A DNA stretch of 43,060 nt, taken from positions 1 to 43,060 of IMG/VR virus record IMGVR_UViG_3300027863_000007; one strand, 5' to 3'. This DNA comes from a virus (Duplodnaviria; Caudoviricetes). Shown piece after piece: positions 7,787 through 16,309 of this stretch (the first letter of the stretch is position 1; the number at the start of each line of letters is the position of its first letter). Made by a program: the position numbers and the translations under genes. Under the pieces are notes generated by a model, which saw nothing but the letters and a program-made list of their open reading frames with translations, made no database searches and was not told where the DNA came from.

Positions 7787-8777
7787 CCTGCTCACTCCCT
7801 TCGATCTGCTGGTCCGCGACGAGCCGCATGCCGGGCCCGGCGTCCCAGCGCCGGGCCAGGACCTGCCGGCTGTACTGCGCGGCCAGGGCCGGATGGTCCG
7901 CCGCCAGCCGCGCGGTGTCCCACGTGGTCCGCTCATAGGGGACCCACCGCACCGCGGGCCGCCCGTCGAGCAAACCGACCGCCGCGCGGCCGACCGCGGC
8001 CTTCATCCGGTTGTCGATGAGGTCCAGGGCCGTGTCGGCCGCGGCCCGCGCGGCGACGAGTCGCGCCCGTTCGCGGAGCCAGTCCCACGCTGCCGGCGGC
8101 AGGATGAGCGCGGGCCCGTCATGCGGCCCGGCCCCCAGCGCCGCCGTGGTCGCTGGGTGATCGTCGACCGGTGGCGGCACGCGCCCCTCCACGTGGGTGG
8201 TCCACCACGTCTCCTCGCGCTCGATGAGATCCGTGAGGTCGCCGGGCGCCGGCGCGACCACCCACCAGCGCGGCACCTCGCCCCACACCGCGACGGCTAC
8301 CACCGCCGCCGGGGCGCCCGTGACCGCGCACTGGTGCCAGACTTGCGCCAGGACGTGCGGCGGCGGGCCGTCGCGCCAGGCGGCGGCCTGCGTCGCGCTG
8401 GTAGTCTTGATTTCGAGCGGCACGCGGCCATATTCCGGATGGACGATCCACCGGTCGAGATCCGCGAGCAGCAGGGGATGGGGCCGGGACTGGAGCACGG
8501 CCCCCGCTTGTTGCACGGGCCAGGCCGTCGCCTCGCGGATCCACTCCGCGACCACGCCCTCGAGCCGCCGGCCCCAGGCTTGGTGGGGCGTGTCCTCGCG
8601 CGGCACCAACTGGCCGATTTTATCGAGCCAGAGGCTATACGGGGAGCTGAAGGGGCTGAGCCCGAGCAGGACCGGAGCGTCGGACGAACCGAGCCCGTTC
8701 CGCCGGAGCAGGAGCCATGCCTCGCGGCTCAGCCGCATGCGCCACGCCCGGACGCGATAAGGGCGCGGGGCGCTCAT
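7773..8777 (-). CDS. YqaJ-like viral recombinase exonuclease
   Basis: WL..RR.GLGSSD...LGLSPF.SPY.LW.DK...G..LE...LADLD...LEIKT...Q; start at 8777 is coupled to a short leader ORF (8816 also possible). Confidence 0.92.
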   Translation of the reverse strand: MSAPRPYRVRAWRMRLSREAWLLLRRNGLGSSDAPVLLGLSPFSSPYSLWLDKIGQLVPREDTPHQAWGRRLEGVVAEWIREATAWPVQQAGAVLQSRPHPLLLADLDRWIVHPEYGRVPLEIKTTSATQAAAWRDGPPPHVLAQVWHQCAVTGAPAAVVAVAVWGEVPRWWVVAPAPGDLTDLIEREETWWTTHVEGRVPPPVDDHPATTAALGAGPHDGPALILPPAAWDWLRERARLVAARAAADTALDLIDNRMKAAVGRAAVGLLDGRPAVRWVPYERTTWDTARLAADHPALAAQYSRQVLARRWDAGPGMRLVADQQIEGSEQDAEG

Positions 8778-8885
8778 AATGCGCCCCCCGGCCCGCAGAG
8801 ACTCATCATCGGACACTCCTTTCCGGCCGGCCGCCGCCGTGGTACACTGACGGCATCCGGACCACTAGACCTGGGCCGGCTCTTG

Positions 8886-9134
8886 TTATGTCGCCGCGTG
8901 CCGGCACTCGCCCGGGACATGCCAGGACCCAAATTGGTGGTCCCGGCTATAGCGCACGGACGTGCGCCACTCATAAAGCGCCCCGCCGTCGTTGTGCCCG
9001 TCCCGGAACACCACCAGGTTGACGGCGCCATCGTGCCAATCCCGCACCACCAGCGCCGGTCGGCACTGGCCGTGGACCTCTTCCGGGCCGTCGGGCAAGA
9101 CGTAATGCACCAGTTCTGCTCCGACCGTTTCCAT
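8886..9134 (-). CDS. Small phage protein, paralogue B
   Basis: VHYVLPDGPE.VHG.CRPA.V...VNLVVF...TSV...GSWH; GGAGGTG RBS. Confidence 0.8.
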   Translation of the reverse strand: METVGAELVHYVLPDGPEEVHGQCRPALVVRDWHDGAVNLVVFRDGHNDGGALYEWRTSVRYSRDHQFGSWHVPGECRHAAT

Positions 9135-9136
9135 GC

Positions 9137-9183
9137 GTGTCACCTCCCCTCAAAGGGCACGACCCGCCGACGGATCTCGGCGG
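9137..9183. repeat. 47-bp direct repeat, copy 1
   Basis: Identical to 9477-9523; carries the xis 3' end and an RBS. Confidence 0.95.
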
Positions 9184-9214
9184 CCAGCCGGCACGTACCA
9201 CGGGGCCGGCTCTC

Positions 9215-9475
9215 TTATGCCTCGGCGTGCGGGTGTGCGCATTCCTCCAGGCGATGCCACGTACCAAATGCATGGCGCGGGCTGTATTCGGCCCCTGGAA
9301 TCCACTCCATGAAGGGCTGGTCCGCCCCATCCATGGGGCCGTTGCGCCAAATCACCAGCGTGACGTACTCGGCGTGCGCTAGCGGATTGATGACGATGGC
9401 GGGCCGACAGCGCCCATGCACGTGCTCGGGCCCGTCGGGCAGCACATAATGCACCACTGTGCCGATGGGTACCAT
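9215..9475 (-). CDS. Small phage protein, paralogue A
   Basis: VHYVLPDGPE.VHG.CRPA.V...GTWH; GGAGGTG RBS. Confidence 0.8.
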   Translation of the reverse strand: MVPIGTVVHYVLPDGPEHVHGRCRPAIVINPLAHAEYVTLVIWRNGPMDGADQPFMEWIPGAEYSPRHAFGTWHRLEECAHPHAEA

Positions 9476-9476
9476 G

Positions 9477-9523
9477 GTGTCACCTCCCCTCAAAGGGCAC
9501 GACCCGCCGACGGATCTCGGCGG
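9477..9523. repeat. 47-bp direct repeat, copy 2
   Basis: Identical to 9137-9183 (340-bp period). Confidence 0.95.
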
Positions 9524-9725
9524 GCAGCCCGTCGCGGCCCGCCTGCGCGTCGAGCCATTGCCGCAGCCGCCAGGCCGGAATCCGGTAGCACCGCGCGTTC
9601 AGCCGCACGACCGGAAAATCCGGGCGCTGGCACAGGGCGTACACCGTCCGCACGGAACATCCCAACAGGTGGCCCGCCTGTGCGGGCGTCAAGATAGCGG
9701 TGTCAGGCCAACGGTCAGTCCGCAT
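9480..9725 (-). CDS. xis: Excisionase / HTH_17 DNA-binding protein
   Basis: LTPAQAGHLLGCSVRTVYAL...FPVVRL...YRIP...LRQWL. Confidence 0.85.
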   Translation of the reverse strand: MRTDRWPDTAILTPAQAGHLLGCSVRTVYALCQRPDFPVVRLNARCYRIPAWRLRQWLDAQAGRDGLPAEIRRRVVPFEGR

Positions 9726-9969
9726 TGGATGCCTCCGTCCGTTGCGGCAGGTAGCCCCACTGCCGTCGGGGGATGCCGTAGGCTCGGAGCAACTGGTGCA
9801 CCCGCCCCCGGCTGAGTCCGAGTGCTGTGGCGGTCTGCCGAATCGTCAGGCCCCGAATCACGTACAGCTCCGTGAGAATCCCGGCAATCGGCCGCCCCCA
9901 CTGTTGTTCCACGTCGACCACCCGGCGTGCCGGTCGGCGGCGCTGCGTGCCCATGCGCTGCGTGCCCAT
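9715..9969 (-). CDS. Cro-like HTH regulator (84 aa)
   Basis: AAGGAGG plus ATG 9969; LY..RGLTIRQTATALGLSRGRVHQLL; divergent from the repressor. Confidence 0.75.
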   Translation of the reverse strand: MGTQRMGTQRRRPARRVVDVEQQWGRPIAGILTELYVIRGLTIRQTATALGLSRGRVHQLLRAYGIPRRQWGYLPQRTEASNAD

Positions 9970-10114
9970 ACGACCCTCCTTCGTGCATCCGATCATCCAG
10001 GGTGGCATCTGTAGGATTCCATAGCGGATGGACGGAGTCAATGGGGTTTGCGGTTGTACGGACAGATAAATTCGTGGTATATAGTGGACTATGTCCATGT
10101 TAGGAGGTGACGGC
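9970..10114. promoter_or_regulatory. Lysis/lysogeny switch region with divergent promoters and operator
   Basis: AT-richer gap between divergent HTH genes; extended -10-like TGGTATAT near 10075; inverted repeat TGGAC-tat-GTCCA at 10085-10097. Confidence 0.6.
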
Positions 10115-10669
10115 ATGCCACGGGTGATGGGGCGCCCGTTGCCCGCCATTGGGCAGCGCATCCGCGCTTGGCGCGCGCACCGCGGCTTCACGCAACAGCA
10201 ATTGGCCAATGCCCTGGGGGTGAGTGAAAGCTACATTCAGCACGTTGAGCAGGGCCACCGGAGCCTCCGCGTGGACAAACTGCTAGACTTGGCTGAGGCC
10301 CTTCGGGTCTCGGCAACCCAGCTGCTGGAACACGATCCCGACACGGCCGATGGCGACGCTTCCGACGATCCCCAGGAGCGCGAGACACCCCAAACGCTTC
10401 TGGACGAGCTGCATGTGTCGTCGCATGGGGCGGGCTACGAGCTGGCAGTCGCGCTGGCACGCTACATGGCCGCGCGCGAAGCCACGGAACAGGAACGCAT
10501 TCGCCAGGAGCAGGAGACAGCCCGGGAGCGGATCCGCTATGTGGAAGCACGACGGGCCGATGCCGAATATCTGGCCCAAGCAAACATCAGTTGGGCCATG
10601 GGGCGGGATCCGAAGAAGCTCCCACACCGGACGGGCCACGGGGACGCCGGCGTGGCCGCGCCCGTTTAG
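10115..10669 (+). CDS. CI-like XRE-family repressor
   Basis: AGGAGGTG plus ATG 10115; IGQRIRAWR..RGFTQQQLA.ALGVS.SYI..VE.G; no S24 peptidase domain seen. Confidence 0.88.
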   Translation: MPRVMGRPLPAIGQRIRAWRAHRGFTQQQLANALGVSESYIQHVEQGHRSLRVDKLLDLAEALRVSATQLLEHDPDTADGDASDDPQERETPQTLLDELHVSSHGAGYELAVALARYMAAREATEQERIRQEQETARERIRYVEARRADAEYLAQANISWAMGRDPKKLPHRTGHGDAGVAAPV

Positions 10670-10700
10670 GCATCCGGCGTCACCCCCTCGGATCGTCCGT

Positions 10701-10916
10701 GTGGAGGCGTGGGTCATCTCGGCGCCCCATCAGGAACCGGGGGCCATCATCCGGACGGCAGACGGATGGCAATTGCATTATCACCATCATGTATATCCCT
10801 GTCGCCCGGCGACGCGCCACGCTGACCCGCCTGGTGCGTGGGTCACGCCCGATGGACGGGTCTGGCGTCCGCTCCATGGGGCCACCGTGTCCGAGGGCAC
10901 GGAGATTAATGATTGA
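10701..10916 (+). CDS. Possible small hypothetical protein
   Basis: Fills the gap after the repressor; start uncertain, no clear RBS. Confidence 0.3.
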   Translation: MEAWVISAPHQEPGAIIRTADGWQLHYHHHVYPCRPATRHADPPGAWVTPDGRVWRPLHGATVSEGTEIND

Positions 10917-10938
10917 CGACCGAAGGAGGTATCGTGCG

Positions 10939-11787
10939 ATGATCATCCGACAGACTTTCTGGAGCCTGGCCGGGGCGCTGGCCGGAGGTTTGCTCGCGGC
11001 GGCGCCCGCATCGGCCCAAGGGGGCTTCGCGTGGCAGCCGACCGGGATCTACGGCACCGTGACCCAGGATCCCATGACCCGCAGTGGCAGCATCACGGTC
11101 ACGACCAGCCAGGGCACGGTCCTGTGCCCGGTGTGGAGCGTGACGAACGAGACGACCGGAGTCACCGAGCCGGCGAGTTTTTGGGCCATGCCGGCCGCAG
11201 TGGCCGCGCTCCTCAGCCGCCCGCTGACCGTGCCGGGGCTGACCGCCGCCCAAGCCCGGGCGGTCGGCTTCTACTGGATCCCCGGTGTGGGCTTTGTGAT
11301 GGGCGCCCGCGGCGATGTGGTCGTCAACGCGCTGGCGGCCGCGGACGGCAGCGGGCACGCGTGGCTCGTGGCCCGGTCGGCGTTCAAGACCGGTGCGGAG
11401 CCCACGTGGCTGTTCGTCTGGCACGACAGCGCCGGGGCGCCTGCCATCCTGCAGAACATCGTGCAATGGGTGCCCCCCGAGCGGGCGGCGGCCATCCAGG
11501 CCGCCCAGGCCCTGAATGCCCCGCTGTTCCCCCCACTGCCCATGCGGTACCCCGTCGTGTTGACGGTGCCCCCGAACACGACCCTAGGCACGTTGCACTA
11601 CACCGTGGCCGCGCATGTGTGGGCCGACGGCTACCTGAGTTGGGCGCTGCCCACCGCCACGGCTAGCGGATACTTCATCGGCGTGTTCTGGCGCGGCGGA
11701 GGGCCCGTGGGCCAAGCCTTGAGTCGCTGGTTCAGCCCGGCGGGGCGGGGCGACACCTGGGTCTTGACGGGCCCGCCTGCCCCGTAA
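10939..11787 (+). CDS. Secreted protein in the lysogeny cassette (282 aa)
   Basis: AAGGAGG RBS; signal peptide MIIRQTFWSLAGALAGGLLAAAPASA. Confidence 0.75.
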   Translation: MIIRQTFWSLAGALAGGLLAAAPASAQGGFAWQPTGIYGTVTQDPMTRSGSITVTTSQGTVLCPVWSVTNETTGVTEPASFWAMPAAVAALLSRPLTVPGLTAAQARAVGFYWIPGVGFVMGARGDVVVNALAAADGSGHAWLVARSAFKTGAEPTWLFVWHDSAGAPAILQNIVQWVPPERAAAIQAAQALNAPLFPPLPMRYPVVLTVPPNTTLGTLHYTVAAHVWADGYLSWALPTATASGYFIGVFWRGGGPVGQALSRWFSPAGRGDTWVLTGPPAP

Positions 11788-11802
11788 GCGCCGGCACCCA
11801 CG

Positions 11803-12078
11803 ATGAACGACACGGGCAGTGCGTGGCCGGGAGACCGATGGCCTTGGTATGAAGCGTACGTCGCCGCCCTAGCGGCGCTGCGTGGGTATACGCCGCGCTT
11901 GACCCCGCCTCATGACTGGGGGGCCGATATCCTGTTGTATCGGGGGCCCCAAGCGGCCCGGCCGGTATGGGCGATTCAGTGTAAGGCGTACCAGGATTCC
12001 GTGGGCGTACGGGTCTATGCGCGGACGCTGTGGCACCGGCAATCCCAAGGCATCGGCTCCTCGTGTTCGATGCCGTGA
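11803..12078 (+). pseudogene. Truncated Mrr-like (Mrr_cat) restriction endonuclease
   Basis: YE.YVA.L....GY...LTP..DWGADIL...AIQCKAY..SVG, then the similarity stops; C-terminal part absent. Confidence 0.6.
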
Positions 12079-12185
12079 CCGGAAACCGACTGCCGTTCGA
12101 TCGCCCAGAACAATTGGCGGACATCGAATGTCCCGAGGGTCCTGGCATTTTGCAGGGACTCAAGGCCGGTGGCAAGGAGGACGAG

Positions 12186-13337
12186 ATGTACATCCGGGGG
12201 AAAGGCCGCGGCAAGTGGCAGTGTATCTGGGAAGCGCGGGACCCGGCCACCGGCCGGCGGCGGCGCGTGACGGAAGTGGTATACGGCACCAAAAAAGACG
12301 CCGAGGCGCGATGGGTCACGCGCCAGGCCGAGTTGACGGCGGAGGCGGCGCGGCCGCAACCCGCGCATCCCCGCGATTGGACGGTGGGTGACCTCCTGGA
12401 CCACTGGCTGGCGGTCGTGTTGCCCACCGAAGGCCGGGCCCTGTCCACCCTCATCACTTATCGCACCTTGGTCGCACACCACATCCGCCCGACGCTGGGC
12501 CCCATGCGCCTGACCGCGCTCCACCCCACCCACCTTCAGCAAGCCGAAGCCACGTGGTTGGCCAACGGGCGCGCGGACGGCGGCCCGCTCAGTCCGAGTA
12601 CGGTCCGTCAATGCCACGCCATCCTGCGGCGGGCGCTCCAGGCGGCCGTCGATTGGGACCTCCTGCCGACAAATCCCGCCTCCCAGGTGCGCCAACCACG
12701 CGGGGAGGCCATCGAGATGCGCGTCTGGACGCCCGCCGAGATCGCGGCCTTTTGGCGCGTGGCGCAGGCCCACCGGTATGGACCCCTGTTTCGGCTGGTG
12801 TTGGCCACTGGGCTCCGGCAAGGGGAGGCGCTCGGCCTCCGGTGGGCGGACATCGACTGGGCCGCAGGCACACTCCACATCACCCAGCAACTGCTCCGGG
12901 CCCGCCGCGGCGCGCCGCCCCAGTTGGGCCCGCCCAAGACCGCGCGGGGGCGGCGGACCGTCGCCATCGGCCCGGACCTCATCGCCCTGTTGCAACGCGT
13001 GCGCACGGCCCAAAAAGCGGACCGGCTGGCGTGCGGTCCCGCGTACCAGGACCATGGCCTGGTCTTTCAGACGCCGCTCGGGACGCCGCTTCACCACCGG
13101 AATGTTGACCGGCTCCTCGCCCAGCTCATCCGCCGCGCGGGCGTGCCCCCGATCCGCTTTCACGATCTTCGGCACACCCATGCCGCGCTCCTCATCGCGG
13201 ATGGCTGGGACCCGCGCCTTATCGCCGACCGGCTGGGTCACGCTCAAATCGCGTTCACCCTCCAGGTGTACGGGCATCTCTTCCCGGGCCGCCAGCAGGA
13301 GGCGGCCACCCGCCTGGACCGCCTCTTTCGCGAGTAG
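12186..13337 (+). CDS. int: Tyrosine integrase (383 aa)
   Basis: AAGGAGG plus ATG 12186; N-terminal arm-binding domain; TGLRQGE, PKT, FHDLRH, RLGH and VY catalytic motifs. Confidence 0.96.
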   Translation: MYIRGKGRGKWQCIWEARDPATGRRRRVTEVVYGTKKDAEARWVTRQAELTAEAARPQPAHPRDWTVGDLLDHWLAVVLPTEGRALSTLITYRTLVAHHIRPTLGPMRLTALHPTHLQQAEATWLANGRADGGPLSPSTVRQCHAILRRALQAAVDWDLLPTNPASQVRQPRGEAIEMRVWTPAEIAAFWRVAQAHRYGPLFRLVLATGLRQGEALGLRWADIDWAAGTLHITQQLLRARRGAPPQLGPPKTARGRRTVAIGPDLIALLQRVRTAQKADRLACGPAYQDHGLVFQTPLGTPLHHRNVDRLLAQLIRRAGVPPIRFHDLRHTHAALLIADGWDPRLIADRLGHAQIAFTLQVYGHLFPGRQQEAATRLDRLFRE

Positions 13338-13397
13338 CCGTCACACGGGCGCACGCCGGGCGCACGCCGCCCCTCACGCGGTCGCGCCGTCGCACAC

Positions 13398-13426
13398 AAA
13401 AAGCCCCGCAAATCCTTGCGGGGCTT
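13398..13426 (-). terminator. Intrinsic terminator (possibly bidirectional)
   Basis: AAGCCCCGCAA-atcc-TTGCGGGGCTT with a U-run on the minus strand. Confidence 0.85.
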
Positions 13427-13436
13427 CAAATTTTGA

Positions 13437-13481
13437 TGGTGGGCGCGCATGGGATCGAACCATGGACCTCTTGAATGTGAA
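13437..13481 (-). other. attP core: 3' half of tRNA-Val(CAC)
   Basis: TTCACAT loop, TCAAG, T-arm CATGG-TTCGATC-CCATG, acceptor strand plus ACCA; 5' half missing. Confidence 0.88.
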
Positions 13482-13626
13482 TTGGCGGCGGGTGTGCAGC
13501 CGTGTGTGCGATGGTCCCGCACCCCGCATGGTTGTGCGGATCGTGCTGTCGGTTGTACGTCCCGATAGCGGGGTTTTCTGCAGGGTGCGTGCAAGTTGGG
13601 CGCACGGCGGGCGCACGCGGGCACAT

Positions 13627-13700
13627 TGGGTGGGGAGGAAGGATTCGAACCTTCGATCCGGGATTCAAAGTCCCGCGCCTTACCGCTTGGCTACTCCCCA
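13627..13700 (-). tRNA. tRNA-Gln(TTG)
   Basis: TGGGGAG/CTCCCCA acceptor, CGGGA-CTTTGAA-TCCCG anticodon arm, GTTCGAATC, encoded CCA. Confidence 0.92.
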
Positions 13701-13716
13701 GTCGCGTAGAGAACGA

Positions 13717-13794
13717 TGGTGGGCCCGGTCGGAGTCGAACCGACACTGCGCCGGGTTTAAGCCGGCCCCCTCTGCCGGATTGGGGTACGGGCCC
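13717..13794 (-). tRNA. tRNA-Leu(TAA), short variable loop
   Basis: GGGCCCG/CGGGCCC acceptor, GCCGG-CTTAAAC-CCGGC, GTTCGACTC, ACCA. Confidence 0.9.
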
Positions 13795-13795
13795 G

Positions 13796-13873
13796 TGGTC
13801 GGCCTGGCGGGAGTCGAACCCGCACGGACGGGGTTCTGAACCCTGCGCCTTTGCCAGATTGGGCGACAGGCCG
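13796..13873 (-). tRNA. tRNA-Leu(CAG), short variable loop
   Basis: CGGCCTG/CAGGCCG acceptor, CAGGG-TTCAGAA-CCCCG (one mismatch), GTTCGACTC, ACCA. Confidence 0.8.
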
Positions 13874-13914
13874 CTGCACCGTTCACAGTCATTTTACTAT
13901 AAATGGCGGATCGG

Positions 13915-14349
13915 CTACCCGGGGTTCAGTTGGCCCCAACCCGGTCCCTCGCCCCAGCCGTGGCTGCCGATGTAGAAGAGATTGTCCATTCGCATCGGGG
14001 GCATTTCATCAGTGGTATCGGGGTTATAGATAACCTCACGGGAGAGACGACGGGGGATATTGCCTAATCTCAGCCATTCCATGGCAATCATGCGTTTGCG
14101 TACCAGAAGCGGGAGGGTCGCATCGTGAAATTGCCAGTACCACAAAGCCCGGGTGTCCTCCCAAATGTAAACCTCAGTGGTGCCGCGCAGGTCCGCCCAG
14201 AATGTGACATGGTGATAGTGACAGCGTAGTAAATTCGGTTTCGATCGGGTCTCCTGATATCCGTGATCCGTTAAACGAGCAGCGATAAGGCACATCCGTT
14301 GAAACACACGCGGGTAGATCGTATTCCCAAATTTATCGATGGGTTCCAT
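13915..14349 (-). CDS. Hypothetical protein, lower GC (144 aa)
   Basis: AAGGAG plus ATG 14349; overlaps the end of the upstream gene; contains TTA codons. Confidence 0.7.
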   Translation of the reverse strand: MEPIDKFGNTIYPRVFQRMCLIAARLTDHGYQETRSKPNLLRCHYHHVTFWADLRGTTEVYIWEDTRALWYWQFHDATLPLLVRKRMIAMEWLRLGNIPRRLSREVIYNPDTTDEMPPMRMDNLFYIGSHGWGEGPGWGQLNPG

Positions 14350-15142
14350 CAACAGCTCCTTTCGAATGGCCAGTACAGAATACCGCACGGCTTCCGCGAA
14401 ATTCGATAAAATGCGGGCAAATACAACACCCATCAATAATATTCACCGGGGCTGTGGGGTTCAATGGACACTGGACGGTATTCCACGGGGCTGACGACAC
14501 ACGGTGGATTCTCCCCCATTGTGCGATGTGTTTGCAGCGATCGCACCGTATGGGACGAAAATGATCCTGAGTCATGGGCCACGCCTCATCCTCACGGATG
14601 TCGTGTGCGAGACATTCGGCCCATGGGATCCCGGCTAAGGCCTGCGCTTTTTCACGATCGACTCGATGGGTGACCAGGATTTCAATCACTGCCAGTAATC
14701 CTCCGTTCCGATCCAGCAGGGCCACGTCCGCCCGATGTCCACTCGGGAGTTGGTATTCCGTAGTAGCATCCGCGACATGTGACGGCATCGGTTGAACCAG
14801 TGGGGTATTACAGGACTGACAATGGCGGATGAACGCAATGGTCCGCCGAGACCGGATGAGGGAAACCACCCGGTGTTTGGCGCGCCAATGTTCTGGGGTT
14901 TCGTTCAGGAAGTCGCAGCGGACGGGTGGCCGCACATGATAGAGATGCGGCCGTACATGGGATCCCGCTCGTAAAAATACATCGCCCTTACAGTCGGGGC
15001 ACGTATATCGCGTATGTTTGCTGGCGTTATTCGGCCCCACCTGTTGCCCATTAGGGAGTAATGCGAAAGGAACACGAAGATCCTCATCGACGGATAGGAA
15101 TCCCGGGGCGTTCCCCCGAATCATCGGTGGTTCCTTGGTCAT
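14333..15142 (-). CDS. CoiA-like Zn-finger / PD-(D/E)xK nuclease
   Basis: YTCPDC...LRAG....PHLYH...C...ETPEH..AK; E......RADV......IEI.VTH; extra CxxC pairs; ATGA-coupled to the recombinase. Confidence 0.8.
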   Translation of the reverse strand: MTKEPPMIRGNAPGFLSVDEDLRVPFALLPNGQQVGPNNASKHTRYTCPDCKGDVFLRAGSHVRPHLYHVRPPVRCDFLNETPEHWRAKHRVVSLIRSRRTIAFIRHCQSCNTPLVQPMPSHVADATTEYQLPSGHRADVALLDRNGGLLAVIEILVTHRVDREKAQALAGIPWAECLAHDIREDEAWPMTQDHFRPIRCDRCKHIAQWGRIHRVSSAPWNTVQCPLNPTAPVNIIDGCCICPHFIEFRGSRAVFCTGHSKGAVDGTHR

Positions 15143-16056
15143 GGAGTCTGGGCGCTCCCGATGGCCCCCAGGTCCGGCAGGTAGTCCTCCACCCGCACCG
15201 GCTGCATCAGGTGCACATACCGCGCCGTCGTGGCAATATCGGCGTGCCCCAACAGATCCTGGATGGCCCGCATGGGCATGCCGTGCGCCGCCAGGGCGGA
15301 GGCGAAGGAGTGCCGAAGCCAGTGGGGGCTCACGGGCTTGCCGAGGCCCGCGCGGGCGGCCCACTGGGCCACCAGCCACCGCACGCCCCGCGGCGAGAGG
15401 CCCAGGATCGGGGCCTCCGGACTGGCGGGCCGCGGCAACGCCCGCAGCGCCGCGATCCACGCCGGGTGCATCCACACGTAGCGGGTTTTGCCCCCTTTGC
15501 CGTACACGGTGGCGCGCCACTGCTGGCCCACGCGGTGCAAATCCCGCCACCGCAGCGCGCAGGCTTCCGCCACGCGGAGGCCACCATAATAGAGGGTCGC
15601 CAGCACGGCCCGATTGGCCGCGCCGGGCCCAGGGCCCTCTGCGGCCGCCTGCCACAGGCGCCGCACCTCGGCTTCGGTCAACATCCGCTCGGCCGTCTGC
15701 ACGCGGGCCCGCCGGGGGCGGATGGCGCGCCAGGGATTCTGGCGGGCGACGCCGGCGGCGATAAGCGCGTCCCACGCCCCGCGGCACGCGGCCAGGGTGA
15801 GATTGGCGGTGTTGGCCGTGCCGCGCTCGCCGATGAGGGCCGCATAAATCGCCCGCGCCGCCGTGGCCTCGATGGCCTCGGGCCAGGCATAGCCGAGGCG
15901 CACCGCCATCCTCGAGGCCCGCCGCAGGGCATCACGATACGCGCGCCGGGTCGCCGGCGCCGCGCTCCGGGCCGCGAGCCATTCGTGCCAGATGCGCTCC
16001 AGCGCGGCCACGGCCCGATCCGCGTCCGGTTCCTGATGCACCAACATGTCGGCCAT
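15139..16056 (-). CDS. Second tyrosine recombinase, XerC/D-like
   Basis: SAM-like N-domain; GLRVAE, GKGGKTR, SPHWLRHSFA, LLGHADIATTARY. Confidence 0.93.
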   Translation of the reverse strand: MADMLVHQEPDADRAVAALERIWHEWLAARSAAPATRRAYRDALRRASRMAVRLGYAWPEAIEATAARAIYAALIGERGTANTANLTLAACRGAWDALIAAGVARQNPWRAIRPRRARVQTAERMLTEAEVRRLWQAAAEGPGPGAANRAVLATLYYGGLRVAEACALRWRDLHRVGQQWRATVYGKGGKTRYVWMHPAWIAALRALPRPASPEAPILGLSPRGVRWLVAQWAARAGLGKPVSPHWLRHSFASALAAHGMPMRAIQDLLGHADIATTARYVHLMQPVRVEDYLPDLGAIGSAQTP

Positions 16057-16251
16057 CCGGCATCACCCCGTGCGTGTTTTGTGCGCGCGCGCGTGGGCGG
16101 GCCGGCGCGCGCGGATATATAGAGGATAGCATACTGCCGCTAACGCGTCTTTTCGGCAGCAGCCCGCCGCCCACGCCGTCGCCGGCGCCGGGCGTTGATC
16201 GAGAAAAACGAAAAAATTTTGCGTTCGTCCGGGTTTCGCCTGCACCGCCAC

Positions 16252-16291
16252 TTGACACGTTGTCTAGACAGTATACACTGGAGATAGACAG
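16252..16291 (+). promoter_or_regulatory. Sigma70/SigA-type promoter with palindromic operator
   Basis: TTGACA 16252-16257, TACACT 16274-16279 (16-nt spacer); perfect palindrome TGTCTAGACA 16261-16270; TAGACAG repeated at 16285. Confidence 0.8.
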
Positions 16292-16309
16292 CGAGAGGAG
16301 ATGACCCGC

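Larger units (their letters stand above)
13346..13627. promoter_or_regulatory. attP region with arm-type repeats
   Basis: GGGCGCACG at 13347, 13358, 13598 and 13609 (11-bp tandem pairs) flanking the tRNA-fragment core. Confidence 0.75.

Noticed and set aside
5615-8020. 801-aa plus-strand ORF
   Set aside because: Antisense shadow of recT and neighbours in high-GC DNA
9137-9523. 47-bp repeats as att sites or a mini-CRISPR
   Set aside because: They are the xis 3' end plus RBS, separated by a whole gene; attP is at 13437-13481
13437-13510. A fourth intact tRNA (Val)
   Set aside because: The 5' anticodon stem, D-arm and 5' acceptor strand are missing; it is the attP core
13796-13873. Opal-suppressor or Sec tRNA (TCA within the loop) that could read the UGA at 22337
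   Set aside because: Stem register centres CAG; shifting to TCA breaks the stem; no long variable arm or extended acceptor stem
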